Shown here piece by piece: positions 57,782 through 64,000 of a stretch of 64,000 nucleotides of DNA. The translations under genes were made by a program, and so were the position numbers. Source of the DNA: Clostridia bacterium (lineage in GTDB: Bacteria > Bacillota > Clostridia > UBA1381 > UBA9506). Location of the stretch: contig JAFQBK010000015.1 of the NCBI GenBank assembly GCA_017399695.1, positions 22,852 through 86,851 on the forward strand, written 5' to 3'. The notes under the pieces were generated by a model. It searched no databases and was not told the origin of the DNA. It was given only the letters and a program-made list of their open reading frames with translations. Within the stretch, counting starts at the first letter, position 1. Each line of letters begins with the position of its first letter.

Positions 57782-57813
57782 TTTGCCTTGTGTGGTGTGC
57801 GCATTTTCCTACA
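57782..57813 (-). repeat. 32-nt 3'-UTR motif, copy 2 (after sigK)
   Basis: Minus-strand TGTAGgAAAATGCGCACACCACACAAGGCAAA. Begins 9 nt after the sigK stop. Confidence 0.8.
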
Positions 57814-57822
57814 TCCTGGCAG

Positions 57823-58527
57823 TTATGCTTCGCGCCGAAATCTGCCCAACAATTTTTTCAGTGCTTTTTTTTCGAGACGGGAAACATAGGAGCGCGAAAT
57901 ACCGAGATTTTTTGCAATTTCTCGTTGTGTCTGCGGTTTTCCCGAAAGCCCGTAGCGCAAAACCACGATTTCGCGCTCACGGTCGTCGAGTTCTTCGCGG
58001 ATGTAGCGGTAAAGCGCTTTTGAATCAATCGAAAGACTGACGCTGTCCGCCACCTCCGGCTCGTTTGAGGGAAGAATGTCCATAAACGTCACCTCGTTGC
58101 CGTCGGAGTCATGCCCCAGACAGTCGGAAAGAGAAATCTCCTGTGAGGTTTTGCGCCCTGCGCGCATCAGCATCCGGATTTCGTTCTCGATGCAGCGCGC
58201 GGCGTAGGTTGCAAGCCGTGCTTTTTTGGTACAGTCAAAGGTTTCAATGGCTTTTAAAAGACCAATCGTGCCGACAGAAATTAAATCCTCAGAATCATAA
58301 CCTCCCGCGGCGGTGTATTTTTTGACGATGTGCGCCACGAGCCTTAAATTGTGCTCGACTAAGCGGTCGCGCGCTTCTGCATCGCCCGATGCCGCAAGCA
58401 AAAGACAGCGCTCCTCCTCTTTCGGGGGCAGTGGTTTGGGAAAGGAATTGTTGGTCGAAACATACGAGAGTAAAAATGCGCCGTAGCGCATCAGATACAG
58501 AGCAAAAAAAAGAACGGACGAAAACAT
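57823..58527 (-). CDS. sigK: sporulation sigma factor SigK (pro-sigmaK), uninterrupted
   Basis: Hydrophobic pro-sequence, then YVSTNNSFPKPL and HNLRLVAHIVKKY, ATYAARCIENEI and region 4 ISRSYVSRLEKKAL. The LVAHIVKK region fits SigK rather than SigE. CATATAATA -10-like element at 58553-58561. Confidence 0.8.
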   Translation of the reverse strand: MFSSVLFFALYLMRYGAFLLSYVSTNNSFPKPLPPKEEERCLLLAASGDAEARDRLVEHNLRLVAHIVKKYTAAGGYDSEDLISVGTIGLLKAIETFDCTKKARLATYAARCIENEIRMLMRAGRKTSQEISLSDCLGHDSDGNEVTFMDILPSNEPEVADSVSLSIDSKALYRYIREELDDREREIVVLRYGLSGKPQTQREIAKNLGISRSYVSRLEKKALKKLLGRFRREA

Positions 58528-58687
58528 AATAGCACCTCCTGATGGAATGGTTCTATTATATGTGCCGTTCTTTCAAAAAGTGCAGGTCCCATCCGGAGTT
58601 TTGCAAAAAAGGAAAAGCTGTATTGGAGAAAAAGAAAAGGAGTTTCTTCCTATTATATATAAAATAAGCAATTATCGATGCGGTGCT

Positions 58688-58748
58688 GTAGGGCAGGGGC
58701 TTAGCTCCTGCCGAAAAACAATGCGGAAGGGACAAGGCCCTTCCCTAC
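58688..58748. repeat. REP-like hairpin doublet (inverted pair with GTAGGG heads)
   Basis: GTAGGGCAGGggcttagctCCTGCC (58688-58712) and, inverted, GGAAGGGacaaggCCCTTCCCTAC (58725-48). The two units share the GTAGGG head, and their stems differ by compensatory changes. Confidence 0.45.
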
Positions 58749-58792
58749 AAATTCCGCTTCGTGCGAGTTTGCTGCGCAAACCCGCCTTCTTC

Positions 58793-59518
58793 TCAAGGAG
58801 AGGGCGTATCTATCTGCGTAATCGTCGCCACCGCAACATACACCTCCTTCGCGCCGGCGGAAAGAAGCGTTTTCGAAATCTCGTTCGCCGTTGCACCCGA
58901 GGTAAACACATCGTCAATCAAAAGAATCGTCTTTCCTTGTACGCGGCTTTTGTCGGGAACGCGGAACGCATTCTTTAGGTTCTTGAGCCTTTTGTGGTAC
59001 GGCAGGCTGCTTTGCGGCGGCGTTTCCTTAATTTTATAAATTACATCCGTGACAAGCGGAACCTTAAGACCGCGCGCAACCGGTCCGGCAAGAAGCTCTG
59101 CCTGATTGTAGCCACGCTCTGCTAATCGGTTTTTAGAAAGAGGCGCGGGAATCACAAAATCAAAGCGCGGCAGAATCCCGCGCTCGGCAAGCCGCATAAG
59201 AATCAGATGTGAAAACCCGTGGTACAGATAGGGCTGATTACGAAACTTAAAGCGAATCATCGCGCGCCGAAGCCTGCCCTTGTAAAGAGCGGCGGCAAAG
59301 CAACCGACAAAATAACGCGGATGGACCAGGCAGTCCCGACATAGAAAATGCCCCTCGCTGGTAGGGCGGGAGCATTTTTTACAAAGACGTATGGAGTCGT
59401 TAAGAATTGGAGCTGTGGGAGCGCAGTCTACGCAAAAAGCGGCGCGGCCGCGCACGACTTTGCCGCAGGTTAAACAGCGGTGAGGATAAACCAGACGAAC
59501 AAGACGGTCAATCCACAT
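58793..59518 (-). CDS. comFC: ComF family protein (ComFC-like phosphoribosyltransferase)
   Basis: N-terminal double CxxC zinc finger (CLTCGK...CVDC; CKKC...CRDC) and a C-terminal PRTase motif ILLIDDVFTSGAT. Confidence 0.8.
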   Translation of the reverse strand: MWIDRLVRLVYPHRCLTCGKVVRGRAAFCVDCAPTAPILNDSIRLCKKCSRPTSEGHFLCRDCLVHPRYFVGCFAAALYKGRLRRAMIRFKFRNQPYLYHGFSHLILMRLAERGILPRFDFVIPAPLSKNRLAERGYNQAELLAGPVARGLKVPLVTDVIYKIKETPPQSSLPYHKRLKNLKNAFRVPDKSRVQGKTILLIDDVFTSGATANEISKTLLSAGAKEVYVAVATITQIDTPSP

Positions 59519-59948
59519 AATCCCGGATCAACTCCTCGAGGGCGATATAATAGCCGTCCTCCCCCAGTCCGCAGATTTGCTTTTTGCACACCGGCTCGAT
59601 CACCGAAATATGTCGGAATTCTTCCCGTGCGTGAATATCCGATAAATGAACCTCCATCACCGGCAAAGAAACCGAGGCAATCGCATCCCGAATCGCGTAG
59701 CTGTAATGCGTGTACGCGCCGGCGTTTAGTACGATGCCGTCGATGCGCCCGTAGCAGCTTTGGATGGCATCGATGAGTGCGCCCTCGGAGTTTGACTGCA
59801 CGCACTCGGCCGAAAACCCGAGAGCCTTTGCTTTTTCTGTAAAACGGGATTCGATATCAGCAAGCGTCGTCCGTCCGTAAATCTCGGGTTGGCGGATGCC
59901 GAGCATGTTCAGGTTCGGTCCATTCAGGAGCATAATTTTATGAAACAT
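59508..59948 (-). CDS. aroQ: type II 3-dehydroquinate dehydratase
   Basis: MFHKIMLLNGPNLNMLGIRQPEIYG...QSNSEGALID...NAGAYTHYS...EVHLSDIHARE are canonical AroQ motifs. Confidence 0.9.
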   Translation of the reverse strand: MFHKIMLLNGPNLNMLGIRQPEIYGRTTLADIESRFTEKAKALGFSAECVQSNSEGALIDAIQSCYGRIDGIVLNAGAYTHYSYAIRDAIASVSLPVMEVHLSDIHAREEFRHISVIEPVCKKQICGLGEDGYYIALEELIRDYVD

Positions 59949-60197
59949 CGCCGTTCTTTCCTTTCTATATGGGCGTAACATACGGTTTTATTACAGGTTT
60001 GTTTCAAATTTTTGCAAAACGCAACATTTTTCGAAAATATTCGTCTGTTATAGTACAAAGCGCGAATTTTTCCTGCGTTCCTACATAGTATAACACAAGA
60101 TATTGTTGCTTTCAAGATGTTTTTCACTGCATCTTGTCATATTGCACAAAAACGCGGGGATTATGGTGTTTTTTTGCACGAAAGTGGAAAAAATATC

Positions 60198-60226
60198 TTG
60201 ACATTCGGGGAGTTTAAGATTAAAAT
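60198..60226 (+). promoter_or_regulatory. candidate sigmaA promoter P1 of the S-layer gene
   Basis: TTGACA-17 nt-TAAAAT, which would give a 5' UTR of about 290 nt. Confidence 0.5.
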
Positions 60227-60358
60227 AATATGGTAGACATACTGTGGGCGGGATATTTCTGCCTGTCGGCGTAAAAAAGGCAATAACGCACGAAAGTGCG
60301 ATTGCATATAGATTTGCGGCTGTTTTTTTACAGTTTCATTACAACTGCGAATCAGGCA

Positions 60359-60387
60359 TTGACGAACCGTTTTTTTAATGGTATAAT
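60359..60387 (+). promoter_or_regulatory. candidate sigmaA promoter P2 of the S-layer gene (extended -10)
   Basis: TTGACG-17 nt-TATAAT with TGg immediately upstream of the -10. The 5' UTR would be about 130 nt and contains a 9-bp hairpin at 60399-60426. Confidence 0.55.
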
Positions 60388-60524
60388 CAATGCAGAATCA
60401 AGATGGGGGCAATCCCTCATCTTAAAGTGCGTTTTCCGTTTTTGAAAGAGGAACGGTTTACGTACACATTACATACTCTTTCGGTTAAACTTTAATTTTA
60501 TTATAAGGGAGGATTTGAGAGACT

Positions 60525-63386
60525 ATGAAAAATCTCAAAAAACTGGTTTCCGTTGTTCTCGCTCTGACGATGATCATCTCTTCGATGGCTTTCGTAAGCG
60601 CTAAGGATTTCGGAGACGTAGACACAACCGCTTCCTATGCAGAAGCAGTTTCTGTTCTTGCTGACCTGAGCATCTTGAACGGCGACGAAGAAGGCAACTT
60701 CAACCCGGACGCTGACATCAAGAGATCTGAGTTCGCAGCAGTTCTGTGCCGTGCATTGGGACAGGAAAACGCAGCAAATGGTTCTAAGGGCGTTGTTGTA
60801 TTCGACGACGTTGCTGCAGACCACTGGGCTTCCGGCTACATCGCTTGGGCTGCTCAGCAGAAAATCGTAAACGGTAAAGGCGACGGCAAATTTGATCCGG
60901 ACGCACCGGTTAAGTACGATGAAGCAATCAAAATGATTGTTGTTGCTCTGGGCTACGAGCCGATGGCTGCTAAAAAGGGTGGTTACCCGACTGGTTACAT
61001 GGTAGTTGCTGGTAACAACGGCATCACCGATGGCGTTAAACTGGCTGGCGGCGCAAACGCTCCGCGTGCTATCGTTGCACAGCTCGTTTACAAAGCACTC
61101 GATGTACCGCTCATGGATGCAAGCTATGTATCCACTAAGGACGAAGATTACACCATCTATGATGGCGAAATCGCTTCCCCGAGAAGAACGATCCTGAGCT
61201 ACTACTTAGACATCACCAAGGTTAAGGCTGAAGTTTTAGCTACTGCTAAGACCAACTCCGCTTTGGCTAAGAAAGACGGCAACGATCTCGTTACCTTGAC
61301 TCTGACCAACAACTACGGCTTCGATTGGGCTAAGATTTTTGACGGTCTGTATGACAGAGGGGATTCCGATGAGTTCTATGTTGGCGCATCTGATATCGCT
61401 GATTACATGGCTATGAGCGTTGTTGCTTACATCGGCGTAAACGAAGATGACAACTATGAAGTTGTTGCTTGCGTTGGCGACGCTAAATCCGTTAATATTT
61501 TAGAAGTAACCGAAGGTATCGAAGTAGCTACTTATACCCCTGCTGATCCGACCGCTTCTCCGGCAGTAGCAGAAGGCTTCACTTTCGAATATTTCGAGAA
61601 CGAAGACGATTACAGAACTACTGAAGTTGACATTGATCCGACTGCTACCGTTTATGTAAACGGCAAAGCAGTAGCTGACACAGAGTTCGATAACATCATC
61701 ACTGAAGGCGCTTCCAAAGTTGTATTTATGGGCGCTAAAGGTGGCAACTACGACTACGACAAAGTATTCATCACTGAGTACGATTTCGCAGTTGTTGATG
61801 AAGTAAATGTTGAAGACGAGTACATCAAGCTGGTTACCGGTGGTTCCGTTGACCTGAGCAAAGAGGTTCGTGGCGATAAATTCGCTTACACCCTCACCTT
61901 TGATGGTGCAGAAATCGCTCTGGAAGACCTCCAGGCTGGCGACCTTTTGAACATCCTCTGCGGTGGCGACTGGAAGATGGATGAAACTCAGGTTGACATC
62001 ATTGTTACCAGAGATGCTGTAGAAGGTATCGTTGAAGAAGAAGTTAAAGCTGGCGAAACTTATGTTATCAATGGCGAAGAGTATGATATCTCCGCTAAGA
62101 ACGACAGCCTCGTTCTCGAAGTTAACGACGCAGCTCGTTACTTCCTGACCATCGATGGCAAACTCTACGCTGAAGATGCTGACTACGAAGCAGAAGGCGC
62201 TGCAGCTTCCGTATACGGCTTCGTTACCAAAGTTGGCACTGAGACCTCCTTCGGTGACACTGTATACCAGGTAAGAATGTTCACCACTGAGGGTGCATTC
62301 GTAACCTATGATTTAGCTGAAAAAATCGTTGTTAAGAACGATGGCGTTAAGCAGGATGGCGAAGGCGCTGCTGATGTATATGCTGAATTAGCTGCTGCTA
62401 TTGCTGATGTACCGGTTGATGGTTCTACTTATGCTAATGATGAAGCTGCTAAAGTTGCTGCTGAAGCTAAGATTGCTAGCCGTCTCGTGACCTTTAAGCT
62501 GAACACTGCTGGCGAAATCAAAGAAATCGACCTGATTTCTGCTGATGCTACCGGCGGCACCTACAACCCGACGACTGAAAAGTTCATCGGCAAGTATTTC
62601 ACTGCTAAATCTGCTTTGATTATGGCTCCGGTTTCTATGACTGGCACCATTGACCATGATGACAACATTGGTACTCCGGCTGTTAACGGATACAATGTAG
62701 ACGAAGATGACCTCGCAGTAGGCAGCTTTGCAGCTCTGGATGAAGATACCACCTATGCTAAATCTTCTATCTTTGATGTAAACAGAAAGAACGAAATCGG
62801 TGTTGCAATCGTTTCTGACGATGTTGCTACTTCCGCAGCGAACGCTCTGGCAGTTGTAACCAAGAAATCCACCATCACCGATGGCCTCATCAAGCTGGAA
62901 ATCTTCCAGGCTGGTGAAACCGCTTCCTATGTTGTAGCTGAAGATTGCGCTGACTTTAACGATGTTGAAGTTGGTGACGTAATCCAGTTCAACCTCGGCG
63001 GCGAAGAAATCGTTAAGGGTTATATCGTATATGACCTCGATGGCGATGTGATTGCTACTAACTTGAACAGCGGCTTGCCGACGACTGTTGCTCCTGGCAC
63101 GAAGTACATCTTCAATACTGCTAACGTAGTAGATGTTAAATCCCGTTATGCAGTTGTAGACTTCGACGCAATCGAAGATCCGGATGTTGACGATGTTGAT
63201 GTTTCCTTCTCTAACGAGCAGGGTACTGTTGCTCTCTGGAACCTCGACAGATCTTCCAGCCAGCTCTCCAAGCTGTCTGACCTGTCTTCCTTGAAGGTAA
63301 GCAGCAGATATACTCAGAACTTCATCGTATATCGTGCTAACGAGGATGGCGACATCATCGATGCTATCCAGTATATCGCTCAGTAA
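60525..63386 (+). CDS. SLH-domain cell-surface (S-layer) protein
   Basis: Signal peptide (...SSMAFVSA), three SLH repeats in the first ~190 aa (FGDV...A..Y, I.NGDEEGNFNPDADIKRSEFA, HWASGYIAWA...GKFDPDAPV), then an acidic Ala/Val/Asp/Thr-rich body. Strong AAGGGAGGA RBS and markedly biased codon use. Confidence 0.8.
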   Translation: MKNLKKLVSVVLALTMIISSMAFVSAKDFGDVDTTASYAEAVSVLADLSILNGDEEGNFNPDADIKRSEFAAVLCRALGQENAANGSKGVVVFDDVAADHWASGYIAWAAQQKIVNGKGDGKFDPDAPVKYDEAIKMIVVALGYEPMAAKKGGYPTGYMVVAGNNGITDGVKLAGGANAPRAIVAQLVYKALDVPLMDASYVSTKDEDYTIYDGEIASPRRTILSYYLDITKVKAEVLATAKTNSALAKKDGNDLVTLTLTNNYGFDWAKIFDGLYDRGDSDEFYVGASDIADYMAMSVVAYIGVNEDDNYEVVACVGDAKSVNILEVTEGIEVATYTPADPTASPAVAEGFTFEYFENEDDYRTTEVDIDPTATVYVNGKAVADTEFDNIITEGASKVVFMGAKGGNYDYDKVFITEYDFAVVDEVNVEDEYIKLVTGGSVDLSKEVRGDKFAYTLTFDGAEIALEDLQAGDLLNILCGGDWKMDETQVDIIVTRDAVEGIVEEEVKAGETYVINGEEYDISAKNDSLVLEVNDAARYFLTIDGKLYAEDADYEAEGAAASVYGFVTKVGTETSFGDTVYQVRMFTTEGAFVTYDLAEKIVVKNDGVKQDGEGAADVYAELAAAIADVPVDGSTYANDEAAKVAAEAKIASRLVTFKLNTAGEIKEIDLISADATGGTYNPTTEKFIGKYFTAKSALIMAPVSMTGTIDHDDNIGTPAVNGYNVDEDDLAVGSFAALDEDTTYAKSSIFDVNRKNEIGVAIVSDDVATSAANALAVVTKKSTITDGLIKLEIFQAGETASYVVAEDCADFNDVEVGDVIQFNLGGEEIVKGYIVYDLDGDVIATNLNSGLPTTVAPGTKYIFNTANVVDVKSRYAVVDFDAIEDPDVDDVDVSFSNEQGTVALWNLDRSSSQLSKLSDLSSLKVSSRYTQNFIVYRANEDGDIIDAIQYIAQ

Positions 63387-63420
63387 TCGAGTGTAGTACT
63401 TGGTTGTTAAATCAAAAATC

Positions 63421-63452
63421 AAGAGGATGCGTTTTACGCATCCTCTTTTTTT
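63421..63452 (+). terminator. intrinsic terminator of the S-layer gene
   Basis: AAGAGGATGCG-tttta-CGCATCCTCTT followed by TTTTT. Confidence 0.85.
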
Positions 63453-63532
63453 GTTTATATTGAATCAATAAAAAAGCACCCCGCTGTTGGTTGCGTCTCT
63501 GTTTTGGGAGAACGCCTCTTATTGGCGGGGTG

Positions 63533-64000
63533 TTATTCATAAAAACAATCTATTTCCCAGTTGATAGGATTTGTATCGATATATTCCCAAATCTTTTGAT
63601 AATCCTTTTCGCCACGAATGATGTGGTCGTGGAACGACCTTTGCCATATATTTTCTTTGTATTCCTTATTGCAAAAACGCTTGAATGTTGATACAAATTT
63701 TGGTAATACAGAATTTGTAGGGGACGGCGTCCTCGACGTCCCGATTTCTGAATCCTTGATTGATAATAATAAATGAATGTGGTTTGGCATAATGACATAT
63801 TTGTCAATGGAAATATAATTATAGAATTCATCCATTTGACCAATATGTTTTTCTGCAATTTCGCCGTAATTCGTTAATTGGTTTTGCGGGACGTCGAGGA
63901 CGCCGTCCCCTACGGTTATTTTAGACAGAAGATGCTTTCTTTCCTTGGTGCAGATGGTGATAAAATACGCGCCGGGCGAGGAATCATCATATCCTTTGAG
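63533..64000 (-). CDS. RAYT-like Y1 (HUH) transposase, IS200/IS605 superfamily; N-terminus cut by the window edge
   Basis: The reading frame stays open to the window end: ...YFITICTKERKHLLSKITVGDGVLDVPQNQLTNYGEIAEKHIGQMDEF... continues into the track ORF. HUH motif PNHIHLL. C-terminal QRSFHDHIIR...DYQKIWEYIDTNP carries the Tyr region. Confidence 0.7.
   Translation of the reverse strand, partial: LKGYDDSSPGAYFITICTKERKHLLSKITVGDGVLDVPQNQLTNYGEIAEKHIGQMDEFYNYISIDKYVIMPNHIHLLLSIKDSEIGTSRTPSPTNSVLPKFVSTFKRFCNKEYKENIWQRSFHDHIIRGEKDYQKIWEYIDTNPINWEIDCFYE
63728..63913. repeat. perfect 27-bp inverted repeat inside the RAYT-like CDS
   Basis: GTAGGGGACGGCGTCCTCGACGTCCCG (63728-63754) and its exact reverse complement (63887-63913) are separated by 132 nt. 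Each arm is itself hairpin-prone (GGGACG...CGTCCC). Confidence 0.9.

Noticed and set aside
58528-58792. Idea that the comFC-downstream intergenic region is a raiA-motif RNA. That family is reported next to comFC in some Firmicutes.
   Set aside because: I cannot recall the consensus well enough to match it. The downstream gene is sigK, not raiA/hpf. The hairpins are adequately described as REP-like units. Only an Rfam covariance-model search could revive this idea.
62388-63422. 344-aa ORF antisense to the S-layer gene.
   Set aside because: It lies entirely within the strongly codon-biased SLH gene. The stop-free antisense frame is explained by that bias. It has no RBS, and its composition is odd (Ser/Ile/Asn-rich, low complexity).

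Overview
This window reads as an origin-proximal chromosomal segment of a spore-forming Clostridia-type Firmicute. Supporting genes are sigK, bofA, spoVM, a GerMN lipoprotein, an SLH S-layer protein, and the anaerobe O2-detoxification genes rubrerythrin, flavodiiron protein and rubredoxin. There are about 60 protein genes, and nearly all are recognisable housekeeping functions. They include cell-envelope glycopolymer genes (WecA/TagO-type transferase, wecB, a GT2, two acyltransferase-3 paralogs, an LtaS-like synthase), ftsEX, argDF, aroK/aroQ and serS. They also include parAB flanked by two perfect parS sites, greA, and dnaN preceded by a DnaA-box cluster (candidate oriC, but no dnaA). The rest are a paaK-iorAB-paaK-ACT aryl-acid module, secDF, mscL, an EF-G paralog, cca, rny, sigK, comFC and a 953-aa SLH protein. 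I saw no rRNA, tRNA, CRISPR array, prophage, or recognisable defence or toxin-antitoxin operon, and I did not find a convincing novel protein-coding system. What stands out is non-coding. (1) A hairpin-rich interspersed element is present in five copies, with a 109-nt core that is 108-109/109 identical between copies. It has MITE-like architecture and I cannot assign it to a named family. (2) Six intrinsic-terminator hairpins share the same GAGCAAGG/CCTTGCTC stem, and five of them abut that element. (3) There are GTAGGG-headed REP-like hairpins, plus a RAYT-like Y1 transposase gene (cut by the window edge) that carries a perfect 27-bp inverted repeat inside its own CDS. (4) A 32-nt motif recurs 9-10 nt after the stop codons of ftsX and sigK. 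(5) A strongly AT-rich single-gene island carries a second acyltransferase. Two small genes below the ORF-track cutoff (spoVM and a 49-aa membrane peptide) were found by hand translation. All homology calls come from motif recognition by eye. No database search was run.
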